A stretch of DNA of 64,000 nucleotides from Eledone cirrhosa (lineage: Eukaryota), in assembly GCA_964016885.1 (NCBI GenBank), contig OZ024759.1, forward strand, positions 28,086,001 to 28,150,000, read 5' to 3'. The first letter of the stretch is position 1, and each line of letters opens with the position of its first letter. Positions 1-13,466 of the stretch are shown one piece after another. A program made the position numbers and the translations under genes. Under the pieces are notes generated by a model. The model did not search any database, was not told the origin of the DNA, and saw nothing but the letters and a program-made list of their open reading frames with translations.

Positions 1-203
1 ACACACAAACACAATAAATGCTTTCAGGTACAAAAGGCTGTACGGATGCGTATATATAAGTGTATATATATATATATAAGTGTATATATATATATATAAG
101 TGGACTATATATATATATGGACTACATCTAAGTGGAGTATCTATTAGGATAACTTGTTATCCCGTATATATATATATATATGTGTATATAACTTGTTATC
201 CCG

Positions 204-284
<81 letters not shown>

Positions 285-289
<5 letters not shown>

Positions 290-326
290 CGCGTGTGTGT
301 ATGTAGATACATAATGAATGTATGTT

Positions 327-366
<40 letters not shown>

Positions 367-405
367 CGTGTGTGTGTGTATGTACTTACATAATGTATGT
401 ATGTT

Positions 406-455
<50 letters not shown>

Positions 456-560
456 CGTGTGTGTATGTATGTACATACATAATGTATGTATGTTTGTGTA
501 TATATATATAGGCGTGTGTGTGTATGTAGATACATAATGTAAGTATGTTTGTATATATAT
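285..560. repeat. Compound tandem repeat, about 4 units interleaved with (TA)n
   Basis: Unit ATAGGCGTGTGTGTGTATGTA(G/C)(A/T)TACATAATGTATGTATGTTTGT recurs near 285, 363, 451 and 508. Confidence 0.75.
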
Positions 561-1019
561 ATATATACATATATACATACATTTATATATACGTGTGTAC
601 ACATATATATACACATATATATACACATATATATACACACACACGTCCCGTCTATATATATATAATCCTAAGTATATACAATTCACTGCAATTATAAGGG
701 AAATATCTCCATCGTTTAAAGTGATTAGCAAAGAGTCGAACGAACGTGAACTTGATAGAAGAGATTACATTACTTTCAACATAATCTACTGTCTTAGAAA
801 TATGGAGATGAACCTGTAGCTAGTGTTGTTGGTGGTGTAATGTGCCCGAACTCGGGAGAGCCGAACTCCCACTGTCATCGCCTCCATCTCTCATCACCGC
901 CCTCCACCCATCTCTCTGTATTGTGAGCAAATGGGGTTCCACGTCCAGGTCCCCCCCCACAGCCCCGACGGACAGAACGGAGTTGTCAGCTAAGACGTTG
1001 TTGTTGTTGTTGTTGTTGT

Positions 1020-1295
1020 CCTTGGTGGTAGTGATGGTGGTGGTGGTGATGGTGGTGGCGGTGGTGGTGGTAGTGCCGGTGAAATTGTTACTTTTCTATT
1101 TTTGGTGCTGTTGTTGTTATTGTTATTGTCATCCTTGGTGGTAGTGATGGTGGTGGTGGTGGTGATGGTGGTGGTGGTTGTAGTGGTGATGGTGATGGTG
1201 GTGGTGGTGGCGGTGGTGGTAGTGGTGATGGTGGTGGTGGTGGCGGTGAAATTGTTACTTTTCTATTTTTGGTGCTGTTGTTATTGTTATTGTCA
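1020..1295. repeat. Tandem duplication of a (GGT)n-rich unit
   Basis: CCTTGGTGGTAGTGATGG...GTGAAATTGTTACTTTTCTATTTTTGGTGCTGTTG occurs twice. Confidence 0.8.
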
Positions 1296-1946
1296 CTAGT
1301 TGTTGTTATGTCGTAGTTATTGTTATTAGTCGCTCCATCTCTTTCTCCTTCCTTCTAACCCTCCCTATCTTCCCCATCCCCCCCTTTCAATTCTTCCTTC
1401 TCTTCATCCCTCTCTCCATCCCTCTTCCCTTCATTCCTTCTAACCCTCCCTCTCTCCTTCCATTCCTTTTTAACTCTCCATCCCTCTCTCCCTCCCTCTG
1501 CCAATCCTTCCCTTTCTACCTCCGCCTTTCTCTCATCTCCACTCCCTTCTCTCCCTCCCCCTCTTCCCATCACTCCTTCTCTCCCTCCTCCCTCTTCCCA
1601 TCATTCTTTCTCTCCCTCCTTCTCTCCATCCCCTTTCCCATCACTGCTTCTCCCCTTCCTCACTCCGCCACTCAGTTCCGGATCTGACTGGAATACTAAA
1701 AGCAATGTTTAATTGAGGAATATGTCGTTAATACATATTTAGTTTTTGTTTTGCTTTTTCTATCACTCGACCCGAAGGAGGAATTTAATTGAGGATGAGC
1801 TCCACTAGGTTGTATAACATCTACCTGTCACTTTTCATGAAGTTTCCGTTTATGGCTCAGTAGATTACAACAGTATAGTCATTTCACATCATTATCATAT
1901 GAGTTATTTAATACACATCATGAGCAAAATAATAAATAATCATAGC

Positions 1947-2040
<94 letters not shown>

Positions 2041-2298
2041 ATATATATCTATATCTCTCTCTCTATATATCTATATATATATCTATATATATATATCTAT
2101 CTATATATATATATAGAGATATATGTACTTAAACGTATATGTGTATATATATATATATATATGTATGTATATATATATATATATATATGTACTTAAATGT
2201 ATATGTATATATATATATGTATATAAATATATATATATATGTACATATATATGTATGTATATAAATATATATATATATGTATGTATTTACAAATATAC

Positions 2299-2364
<66 letters not shown>

Positions 2365-2384
2365 GTATATATATATATATGTAT

Positions 2385-2418
<34 letters not shown>

Positions 2419-2525
2419 GCATATATAAAAGAACCAACGAAATATTTGAAAGAAAAAGTCAATGACTTCTCAATAACAAAGAAACATGAAAGAACGCAAC
2501 ACAGAATATTGAACTAAACACTACC

Positions 2526-2598
<73 letters not shown>

Positions 2599-3465
2599 AG
2601 TAGTAATAATAATAATAACAGCAATAATATAAGTCTGTGCTGAGGTCAGTGTTATTCAGTAAGGAGCCAGTGGTCGTTAATAATATCTTGCTTTTGAAGA
2701 CGAAGAAGCGAAACGTATTTCTTCTTTTTTAATTTTGGCAGAACAAAAGCCGACATTTTCATAATAATTTTAATAATAATAGTAATAATAATAATAATAA
2801 TAATAATGATAATAATAATATAATAAAAATAACAAGAATAATGATAATAATAATAATAATAGCAACAACAATAATATTAATAATATTAACAGTAATAATA
2901 ATAACAACAATAATAGTAACAAGATCAAGAACAACAATAATAATGATTAAAACATTTTTTTTTTCCCTCATTAATTTTATAATTTGAAATAAATTAAAAT
3001 ATTTAATAAAAATACGTCAAAAATGCCAACTAGGATAAAGAAAGAAGTAAAGTCATTTAAAATGGAAAGCTTGTTATGTATTCTTCTATGGTTCATGTAT
3101 TTGTTTAGTTGTTTGCTTTTTACTTTCTATATTTTTCATGGATTAATTCATCTATCTGGTATTTAGCCTTAGCTGATGCATATGTATATATATATAGTTG
3201 GTATATAGCCTTAGCTCATTCATATATATATATATACATATATATATATACATATATATATATATTGTTATACTTGGGGAGGGTCATATTTGTGTAATAT
3301 TGCCAGAATTAATAACAGAACACACTCACTGTTTGGTTGGTTTTCGCTTTTCGCTTCTGTGTCTTTTATATCGGTAATTTAATTTATTCGGTCCTCAATG
3401 TTGCCATTGACTGACCAACGGTCAAAAATAATACAGATACAATATAGACACAAACACATATATAG

Positions 3466-3512
3466 TTTATCAAAGTTCTTTCGTTGCACATCTGCAACAT
3501 CGTCAGTGGTGC
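3466..3512 (-). ncRNA. Type I hammerhead ribozyme-like motif in a Penelope-like terminal fragment (about 3263-3520)
   Basis: Minus strand CACCA-CTGACGA-T-GTTGCA-gatg-TGCAAC-GAAA-GAACTT-TGATA; perfect 6-bp stem II, weak stem I. Confidence 0.65.
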
Positions 3513-3587
3513 TATTGTTTCCTCCCGTTGCATTGTATTTTCTACGCCATCTTTATTTAGTCTAAATAGATATATGTACTTAAATGC

Positions 3588-4023
3588 AGGTTTTCACCCA
3601 ATGCGGGCCCCAGGGGATCCAGAAAATGAATTTTTTTAATGTGCATAATATGCCTTGAAATTTCGGGAAAATCGGCTAGACGTAACGCCTCAAAAATGCC
3701 CTAAAAAGCTGAAAAAAAATGTTTTTCACCTAATGTGGGCCCTAGGCCATAAAACAAGTTGGATTTTCTTTGCTCACGGTATGAAGAAGAGACTGACTAA
3801 TACATAGTTACAATTTCAAGGAAATCAGTCTGACGTAACGACTCAAAATGCGGGCCCTAGGGTATCAAAAAGTTGAATTTTATGTGCATAACACTCCCTG
3901 AAACATAAGTAATACACATGTAAAGTTTGAAAAAAGTCGGTTGGGTACTTCTCGAGTTTTAGGGATTCAAACTCATTGACACACACACACACAGACACAT
4001 ATCCTCAGTTTTATATATATAGA
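3588..4023 (-). mobile_element. Non-autonomous Helitron-like element with about 3 internal ~125-bp subrepeats
   Basis: Minus strand begins A|TCTATATATATAAAA then (TG)n; repeated ATG(C/T)GGGCCC...AAATC..GACGTAACG.CTCAAAA units. Confidence 0.55.
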
Positions 4024-4062
4024 TTACACACACACACACATACACACATATATATATATAAC

Positions 4063-4193
4063 GAAAGAGTTGTGGTAAGGAACCAGATGGACCATAACGC
4101 ACCAGAGTACTCAATACTCAGGGTAGTAGAGTGGGTAATAGGAAAATGTATGACCCCGACGGCAGAGCTCAAGCCGTCAGGGTCATACATTTT

Positions 4194-4198
<5 letters not shown>
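4063..4198 (-). mobile_element. Penelope-like terminal fragment with terminal fold-back; same family as 36922-37040, 39009-39210 and 43303-43385
   Basis: Shared TTGTGGTAAGGAACCAGATGGACCATAA...GTAGAGTGGG.AATAGGAAAA; hairpin ATAGGAAAATGTATGACCC...GGGTCATACATTTTCCTAT; flanked by (TA)n. Confidence 0.65.
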
Positions 4199-4241
<43 letters not shown>

Positions 4242-4419
4242 ACTATTAAGGACAATATGTGTGGGTTATTCATTGTATACCCTATATGTAATTTGAGAGG
4301 GATTTGGTAGCTATTTCTAGCAAGTCGCGTGACTACATAGTTCCCTCTCATTTTCTCTTTTTCTCTCTTGTTATTTATCGTAGACTCTGCCATAACTCGT
4401 TAGCTCTTTCCTGCGCCAC

Positions 4420-5030
4420 TATAACAACAACAACAATCACAACAACCACAACAATAACACCAACAACAACCATGCTAACAATAACAACAACAACAACAAT
4501 ACAAACTGCTTAAACAACAACAACAACAGTAAAAACAACATAAACGGCAACAACAGCAACAACCACGCTAACAACTTTAGTAACATGAACAACAACCACA
4601 TCATCGCCAACAACAATAACAACCACAACCACAACAGCAACAAGAAATCACATCGCTTAACCGCACCACTAAACACCACTACCACCACCACCACTACCAC
4701 CACTACAACACCAGTATCACCACCACCACCACAAAAGCAGCAACGACCACAAGAAACCACACCACGTAACCGCATCACTACCACCAGCAGCACCACAACA
4801 ACCACAATAACAACAACGACAACCACAACAACCAGCAGCATCAGCACCAGCACTACCACCACACCACCACCAGCACCACCACTACCACCACCAGCACCAC
4901 CAGCACCACCAGCACCACTACCACCACCACCACCAGCACCACCAGCACCACCACCACACCACCACCAGCACCACCACCAGCACCACCAGCACCAGCACCA
5001 GCACCACCACAACAACACCAAACACACCAG
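4420..5030. repeat. (CAA)n/(CAC)n/(CAG)n low-complexity tract
   Basis: Degenerate trinucleotide repeats; overlapping ORFs are homopolymeric. Confidence 0.85.
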
Positions 5031-5067
5031 AAAGCCAATTCAATCAATATAAGCATGAGATGACTAC

Positions 5068-5150
5068 CAACGTGTCTTCGAAGGATAATTCCTGTAAGTC
5101 TTTGATGTTTCCAATTAACTGTAAGACCATCTTCATGTTTGCAAGGTTTC
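5068..5150 (-). CDS. Candidate exon of an unidentified gene
   Basis: Branch-like GACTAAC and acceptor TTTTACCAG; two frames open (GNLANMKMVLQLIGNIKDLQELSFEDTL or KPCKHEDGLTVNWKHQRLTGIILRRH); donor weak (GTAGTC or GTTGGT). Confidence 0.35.
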
Positions 5151-5610
5151 CTGGTAAAACGATCGAGGAGTCAATATGAAAACGTTAGTCAAAAATAATT
5201 CACTAAACTCAAAGAATTTGTTGGACTAAATTCTTATAAAATTACCCAGAATTCTTTAGATATTTCCATTGAAGTCTTTCTGAGTTGGTTGAAATGTTAA
5301 AACAGCAAATAAAATGGTTTACAGCGGAATTTAGTCTCTGACTTGAATTTCCTACCATTATATTCCTTCATGTTGACTTAATTTGTCTTAATTTTCCTCT
5401 CTTTGGCGGTGGTTGTGGTCTGGTGTAGTGTGGTCTGGTGTGGTGTGGTCTGGTGTGGTGTGGTCTGGTCTGGTGTGGTGTGGTGTCGGATGAAATACGA
5501 AAGCGTTCTCTCTGTAAAAGTCGACATGTTTCTACAGCTCTTACATTTGCTGGCGGCGGCGTGGTATTGCCAAATATAAGACCTCAATGGTCCTATATTA
5601 AACACATATA

Positions 5611-5870
5611 CGAGAGTTGGCTGAACAGTTCAAAGGCTGACTATGACGGAAGTGATGCTAGAGCTGTGAAATCTAGCATGCATTAATTTCAACCCTTCTT
5701 ATTAATAACTGCGTTGTCTCTTTCCAAGTACTATGTTTAAAAATGAAGCTCAGTTGGTCATTCCATGAGAGTATCTTGGTCAACCGACGTTCGTATACAT
5801 CATGCGTCTCATCATAGCCTTACATGGAAGAGTGAGCAGAGATGATCACCTTTGGAAAGTCTTACAACAT
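5611..5870 (+). mobile_element. Mariner-type TIR/MITE remnant
   Basis: TA|CGAGAGTTGGCTGAACAGTTC resembles the TA|CGAGGTG..TCAGAAAAGTTCC mariner ends elsewhere in the window; no partner TIR found; right boundary approximate. Confidence 0.45.
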
Positions 5871-5879
5871 ACAATTTCT

Positions 5880-5935
<56 letters not shown>

Positions 5936-5942
5936 AGTAGAA

Positions 5943-6000
<58 letters not shown>

Positions 6001-6128
6001 AGTAGAAGTGGTATTTAGAGCACTGAACAGTTTACTGGAGTAAATAAAGTATTTTCACTATCCAGTGAATTTCCAACCGATAAGGTATGATTTTCATGGG
6101 TATGTCGCTATTTATAAAACAAACTTTG

Positions 6129-6193
6129 TATTTTATCTGATGAAAGCGTACCAATGTTTGTCTTGGTACCCTTGAAATATATATAATAAAATA
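6129..6193 (+). ncRNA. Type I hammerhead ribozyme (minimal, palindromic stem III)
   Basis: TATTTTAT-CTGATGA-AAGCGTACCA..TGGTACCCTT-GAAA-TATATA-TA|ATAAAATA; 8-bp stem I, intact core. Confidence 0.85.
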
Positions 6194-6232
6194 AATATGG
6201 TTTTATAAATATAATTTCCATTTATTTAATAT

Positions 6233-6296
<64 letters not shown>

Positions 6297-6336
6297 AAGG
6301 AATAAACGGAGTTAAAGATGACTCGCGTTAACCCCC

Positions 6337-6406
<70 letters not shown>

Positions 6407-6600
6407 CAGTGAAATTCCCTTATAAAAGAATTCACGGTGTATGAAAAAAATTTGTTGTAACGGAAAATTCTTTATAAGGAGACCAACCGAAACAAATCGA
6501 CCGTTTATTTGTTACTATGAGGTAAGGAGGGGGAATGAAAACATTTTGTTAAACTGAAAAATTCGTTATAATAGTATTCGTTATAACGGAATTTTACCTG
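6407..6600. mobile_element. Tigger/pogo-like MITE
   Basis: TA|CAGTGAAATTCCCTTATAA ... CGTTATAACGGAATTTTACCTG imperfect terminal inverted repeats. Confidence 0.65.
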
Positions 6601-7068
6601 CATACATATTATAATGTTTTTCTGTATTTAAACACAAGTGTTTGATTTAAAAGTAAATGATCAGATAATTGCCATTGGTCATGTGATTTATTCCACCTGA
6701 CCTTTCCACGAAACACAACCCCAATCTCTTGTGACGAAGTATAAAATACCCTTACTTCCACCCCAAGACAAATAATTAAAAAGTAGTCGCCATTTTGTGA
6801 CCTTTTATTAGGAAGACACAATGATCAAATAAAAAACTAAAGAGAGATCTCACTTAAAATATTTCTCTTCCTTCCTGAATCAATCCCAACTATTATATTG
6901 ATTATTTTAATTACTTTTATTTGTTTTAATTAATCAATATTTTACCCAGCGTTCATGAAGAATCTTGTGTTTAATCAATTGTTTGTTTTATTTTAAATAA
7001 AAAACAAAACAACGAACATTAGTTTTATTTTATTGTACTTTTTGTTTTTGCTTGTTTTAATCATTTTC

Positions 7069-7113
<45 letters not shown>

Positions 7114-7179
7114 TTGAAACAGGTTTGGTTTTGAAACTCTAATTAAATCTAAACGGAAATATATGGGAAAGGAACTCAC

Positions 7180-7197
7180 CTGGCGGGCATTCTTCAG
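7180..7197 (-). CDS. Candidate 18-nt microexon
   Basis: Minus strand TTTTATTTTATTCCAG|CTGAAGAATGCCCGCCAG|GTGAGT: consensus acceptor and donor around a GC-rich frame-preserving insert. Confidence 0.65.
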
Positions 7198-7250
7198 CTG
7201 GAATAAAATAAAATTAATAGAAAATTCTAGATTTTGAAATTAAAAAATAA

Positions 7251-7313
<63 letters not shown>

Positions 7314-7614
7314 AACTAAAAAAAAACACAAACAAAATAACAAAACAAACTACAAAAACAAATAAATTCGCCGAAATAAATTTTATGTTTCAATTGCTGA
7401 GATGCACATGGTGTAATGTCATTAAACCCATGGCGAATAGATATCCACAAGGTGGACGATAACGACAGTCGAGTTGGACCTTCTACCCTAGTCGGCCGCC
7501 CTCAAGTTGAAGGCGGTTGACCGGGGTAGCAGCTGCTAAATGTTCGGTCGCCCTCATGTCTCTGATTTTTAGCCCCATGGATTTTGTCTATTATATTCCT
7601 TTGTTATTTTTCGA

Positions 7615-7672
7615 ATACCTGATGATGTCACCGGATTCATACTGAATCCGGCCATTGAAATGATCATAGTAT
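7615..7672 (+). ncRNA. Type I hammerhead ribozyme
   Basis: ATAC-CTGATGA-TGTCA-CCGGATTCA-tac-TGAATCCGG-CCATT-GAAA-TGATCA-TA|GTAT then AATAAA. Confidence 0.8.
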
Positions 7673-8014
7673 AATAAACCTTTTAAAGAATTGCACCAGT
7701 CCAGCCTCCTGTTATTTTATAATATATATATAATAAAAATTATATATGGCTTCTAAGATGCCGGTTATCTCTCATTGTATGGTGCAAGTCAATGCATTAA
7801 CATTATTTGAAGTGTAGTTGTCACTTTTCCAACATAGCTTCTGTCATCCCATCAGAACAACCATCAGGCAATTCCTCTTATCGTCTGCTAATTAATCATC
7901 AGAGAATTCCTAAACAGTTTTATGATAGACCAATTCCTGTCTTTGAATGAAGCTAATTTGTCATTTCGTTGTAGAAGTCTGTTCCATATTAACTCCGTGT
8001 CTTTATATCTATGA

Positions 8015-8070
<56 letters not shown>

Positions 8071-8085
8071 TTATCTACCTACCTC

Positions 8086-8173
<88 letters not shown>

Positions 8174-9200
8174 ATCTAGCTATCTGTCTATATATCTATT
8201 TATCTATCTACCTATCTATTCTGTATCTATCTACAAATATGCATGTATAAATACGCACACACACATGTATGTTTGTATGTAAATATGTGCGCCTGCGTGT
8301 ATGTATGTATGTATCTTAGCCATCATTAAGTTACCCTTACACATTCACACACCTACAGACATATATAGACGCCCACTAATACACATATATACACACCAAA
8401 TTCCTAGTACATATACACTCACGTATCAAGCTATCTATCAAATGGTTATATGGAAATTATCAGAGGAACTGAACGTTCGATTGTAAAACTGATCAGTGAT
8501 CATATTAATTCAATTAATTGATTAATTATCGATAATTATGTTCTGTTGTTAGTCATAACTGGTATTGGACATTTCTAAGGAGATAATTAAGTACAGATTA
8601 GCAGCTAGTATTACTCTCTAGACGAGAAGGTTTTGTATGTGAGGTGTGGAGGGCATGGGTGGGTTGTAAGCAGAAATGTTTAATATTCACCAGGTCTGGG
8701 ACTTTGTTACACCTTTAAACAGCCGCTTTATATCATTGATGTATGTTGTTGTTGTTGTTGTTTTTGTTGTTGTTGTTGGTGGTGGTTGTGGTCGTGTTGT
8801 TGTTGTTGGTGGTTGTGGTCGTGTTGTTGTTGATGTTACTGTTATTGTTGGTGTTGTTGTTGTTGATTTGTATCTTGTTATCGAGGTTTCAGGATGTTCA
8901 AAGGTAAATAGAGTTGGAGTACATACATACATACATACATACATACATACATACATACATACATACATACATACATACATACATACATACATACATACAT
9001 ACATACATACATACAGACAGACAGACATACACATATAGACACACGCACACTCACATATGTGTGTGTAGGTATTTAACTATATGTAAGTATGTATATATAT
9101 ATATATATATAAAGATCGGAATTAAGAGTATTCCGCAGTTCACAGTAATAATAATAATATTAGCTCAAAGAAAAATAGAGAATTTTCTTCTGAGCTCAAA

Positions 9201-9548
9201 TGCAAATATATTACACAAAGAGAAGTGTGTTACACAGTGAGATGTGTGTAAAGAATTATTACAAGTGAGTTTTACCGTTACTGTATAGAGAACAATATCT
9301 ACAGGTTTAGCAATTAAATAGAAAAAAAACTAAGTCAGAATCAAATCTCTGAATTAGAGTTTTAAATTACCAACCTCATAACTATTAAAACTCTAATTCA
9401 GAGATTTAATTCTGACTTAGTTTTTTTCTATTTAATTGCTAAACCTGTAGATATTGTTCTCTATAAAGTAACGGTAAAACTCACTTGTAATAATTCTTTA
9501 CACACATCTCACTGTGTAACACACTTCTCTTTTTATAATATATTTGTA
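9201..9548. repeat. Long fold-back (about 165-bp arms, about 19-bp loop)
   Basis: 9201-9365 is a near-perfect reverse complement of 9385-9548. Confidence 0.9.
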
Positions 9549-9625
9549 TATATATATATATGTTTGGTAATTCCGAAGAAAAAGCAAAGGAAGAAAAAGT
9601 GCTCTATATATAGAACAGAGCTATT

Positions 9626-9830
9626 TAATTAGAAAGTGAACAACACAAAATATAACTACTCCATTACCAAAGGTTTCAGGACACGAGACAATATTAACAT
9701 ACGTCTAGATCGTTCATCAGACATAACCTCTCTGTCTGATGAACGATCTAGACGTATATTAATATTGTCTCGGGTCCTGAAACCTTTGGTAATAAAGTAC
9801 TTATATATTTTGTTGTTCACTTTCTAATTA
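9626..9830. mobile_element. Fold-back Penelope-like terminus with an intact HHR core on each strand
   Basis: Arms 9626-9723 and 9733-9830; plus strand CTGATGA 9736, GAAA-CC-ttt-GG-TA 9779-9791; minus core at 9714-9720 and 9674-9677. Confidence 0.85.
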
Positions 9831-10027
9831 TATATATATATCATTACATAAGTATGAACTACGAAGGAATGAACCCTGGCTATATACACCTAGGGATAAT
9901 AAATAATACGTTATTTTAATATATTGTAAATTAGGCATACATTTTCACAAAACTCTTAAGTTTAATAAAAGTATTTTCTAAAATTTATTGATAATTTATC
10001 ATATATTAAAATAACACCACCTCCCCA

Positions 10028-10104
<77 letters not shown>

Positions 10105-10290
10105 GAGTTAAACAAGATTCAATGAGTATATCAAAGAATGAGTTTTACAGTAGATTGGAAGCACTCTACAGTAAAAATAATTTTCCAGATTTATTAATAT
10201 TAAAATACAAATATTAATAAAAATATTAATAAAACTACCTTGATTAAATCTTAACCATTTGACATCTCAGGGTATGTCATGTATCATTAT

Positions 10291-10343
10291 ATTTTGTCTG
10301 ATGAAGACGTACTGTTGTACCTCCGAAATATGTATAATAAAAT
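10291..10343 (+). ncRNA. Type I hammerhead ribozyme in an inverted-terminus insert (about 10100-10391)
   Basis: ATTTTGT-CTGATGA-AGACGTAC-tgtt-GTACCTCC-GAAA-TATGTA-TA|ATAAAAT; 10196-10222 is the reverse complement of 10365-10391. Confidence 0.8.
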
Positions 10344-10390
10344 TTAATTGATCAAAAGAACATCTATTTTATTAATATTTGTATTTTAAT

Positions 10391-10432
<42 letters not shown>

Positions 10433-10437
<5 letters not shown>

Positions 10438-10620
10438 GTTTCTACTTTTGGCACAAGGTCAGCAATTATCCAGGGTATTACTGGTACTTTATTTTATCGA
10501 CCCCGTAAGGTTGAAAGCCAAAGATAACCTCGGCGGGATTTGAACTCAGACCATAAAGGGTCGTACCTCTTTGATGCAAATTATGGCGTCCGACCCTCTA
10601 CGATACTGCCAATCCACCGC
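10433..10620 (-). mobile_element. tRNA-derived SINE (Meta-domain type), full length
   Basis: A box TGGCAGTATCGT, B box GAGTTCAAATCC, body CTTTCA.CCTTACGGGGTCGATAAAATAAAAGTACCAG. Confidence 0.85.
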
Positions 10621-10710
10621 TATAATAATAGTAATAAATGGAAAATATATCACTATAGCATCTCCATATATTACTGTTATTGTTATTATTGGCAGTACCG
10701 GTAGAGGGTC

Positions 10711-10894
10711 GGTGGATTGGCAGTATTGGTAGAGGGTCGGACGCCATGCTTTGACGTATAGAGTTACGGCCCTTGCCATTCTGAGTTCAAATCCCGCCGA
10801 GGTTAACTTTGCCTTTCATCCTTACGGGGTCGATAAAATAAAGTACCAGTAATACACTGGGATAATTGCTGGCCTTGTGCCAAAAGTAGAACCA

Positions 10895-10940
<46 letters not shown>
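10711..10940 (+). mobile_element. tRNA-derived SINE, full length with (TTA)n tail
   Basis: GGTGGATTGGCAGTATTGGTAGAG..GAGTTCAAATCCCGCCGAGG..GCCTTTCATCCTTACGGGGTCGATAAAATAAAGTACCAG.. Confidence 0.9.
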
Positions 10941-10942
<2 letters not shown>

Positions 10943-11250
10943 ATACTCCAGATAAATATATATTCTCGAGTGCTTCGTATCTGTTATGAACATAACTCTG
11001 TTGATTACATATCAACAGAGTCTATAACTCATTGTTTATATATATCTATATATATATATATATATATATATTAATATATATATATATATATATTAATATA
11101 TATATATATATATATTAATATATATATATATTAATATATATATATATATTAATATATATATATATATATATATATTAATATATATATATATATATTAATA
11201 TATATATATATATATTAATATATATATATATATATATATTAATATATATA

Positions 11251-11312
<62 letters not shown>

Positions 11313-11341
11313 AGAAAAACCACAGACCCTCCATCTCAACT

Positions 11342-11382
11342 CACCTTTTGAAAAGCAGAAGAACTGCGAAACCGGTAAGGGA
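11342..11382 (+). ncRNA. Hammerhead ribozyme variant with U3-A8 compensatory core
   Basis: CACCTT-TTGAAAA-GCAG-aagaa-CTGC-GAAA-CCGG-TA|AGGG then AATAAA; downstream tail also seen at 18340-18430 and 60200-60390. Confidence 0.7.
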
Positions 11383-11542
11383 ACCAAATAAATATATATA
11401 TTTAAAAAAAAATAAGACTTCAGTTGCATTTTCGATTTCAACTCTTTTTCTTTATACTTTCACTCGTGTAGGACACCTCGGTTATTTTTCATTTTGTAAA
11501 AAAAACCTCACTTTCTAATATATATATCTATATATATATATA

Positions 11543-11618
<76 letters not shown>

Positions 11619-11751
11619 TATATATTAATATATATATATATTAATATATATATATATATTAATATATATATATATATATATATATTAATAATAAAAATTC
11701 AAACTTTGTCTGATTTACTCGTTTTATTTACAATCCTTTAAAATTTATAAT

Positions 11752-11809
<58 letters not shown>

Positions 11810-12025
11810 AAGAATGTGTGGACTTTAGAAAACGTTCTGTACAGATGACGTTATATAAGGGAAATGATAATAAAAAGGGTTTGAAAATAGCACTTGGTAT
11901 ATAAAAAAGATTCTTTATAACATGTACACAAATTGATGTACGTGTTATAATGATTCTCTATATAGGTTCCAGGTGCGGTTCTCAAACACCTTTTTAATTT
12001 AATAATTTTCCTTACATATATATAT

Positions 12026-12082
<57 letters not shown>

Positions 12083-12133
12083 AAAATATATATATATATG
12101 TATAATATATATATATATATATATATGTATAAT

Positions 12134-12208
<75 letters not shown>

Positions 12209-12219
12209 AAAATATATGC

Positions 12220-12268
<49 letters not shown>

Positions 12269-12808
12269 AATATATATATATATATATTTATAATATATAT
12301 ATGTATAATATATATATATATATATGTATAATATATATATGTATAATATATATATATATAATATATATATATGTATAATACATATATGTATAATATATAT
12401 ATATATATAATATATATATATAATATATATATAATATATATAATATAATATATATATATAATTTATATGTATAATATATATATATAATATATATATATAA
12501 TATGTATATAATATATATATATAATATATATATATAATATATATGTATAATATATATATATATAATATGTATATGTATAATATATATATGTGTATATATA
12601 TATATAATATATATATATGTATAATATATATATGTATAATATATATATATGTGTATATATATATATAATATATATATATATGTATAATATATATATAATA
12701 TATATATATGTATAATATATATATGTATACATACATATATATATATATATTTGTATATTTATTTAATACACTCATATATATATTTAATACACATATATGT
12801 ATATATCA

Positions 12809-12843
<35 letters not shown>

Positions 12844-13073
12844 AATACATATATATATATACATATATTTAATACACATATATGTATATATATATATATA
12901 TATACACATAAATTCATATATATATATACACATAAATACACATATATATAGATACACATAAATACACACACACATATATATATATACACATAAATACACA
13001 CATATATAAATACATATATATATACATATATTTATACACATAAATACATATATATATGTATATATAAACACAC

Positions 13074-13105
<32 letters not shown>

Positions 13106-13141
13106 TGTGGTTACCCCCGATTGAACCCGGGATAAACACAC

Positions 13142-13173
<32 letters not shown>

Positions 13174-13261
13174 ATGTGTATGTGTGTGTGTTTGTGTGTG
13201 TGTGTATACACGTAAGTATGTTCTGTATTATATAAGATGGTATGGTACATAATCTATTCAC

Positions 13262-13341
13262 CTGGGGTTGTATTTAGCAAGAAAGTCGCGAACGTTGTAA
13301 TTATTATAGATAAGGGAAATCCCGTGTACAGTAGGCTAATG
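13262..13341 (-). CDS. Candidate exon
   Basis: TTTATCCTAACAG|...CCCCAG|GTGAAT; open as ISLLYTGFPLSIIITTFATFLLNTTP, or from the next AG as PTVHGISLIYNNYNVRDFLAKYNP. Confidence 0.3.
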
Positions 13342-13411
13342 CTGTTAGGATAAATATATTTTAAATATATGCATGTACGTATATATATATATAATATATA
13401 TATACATGTAC

Positions 13412-13466
<55 letters not shown>

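Noticed and set aside
680-813. About 50-codon open frame on minus ([25 protein letters not shown])
   Set aside because: Weak splice sites and no recognisable homology; could be chance.
2690-2722. TTGAAGA...GAAACGTA hammerhead-like string
   Set aside because: No convincing stem I or II, and U3-G8 is uncompensated.
8687-8900. Mucin-like Thr-rich exon on minus
   Set aside because: Derived from (GTT)n; poor acceptor.
9405-9455. HHR inside the 9201-9548 fold-back
   Set aside because: CTGACTT and TAAA do not match the core.
10711-10800. tRNA gene
   Set aside because: A and B boxes belong to SINE heads; no cloverleaf, and the SINE body follows.
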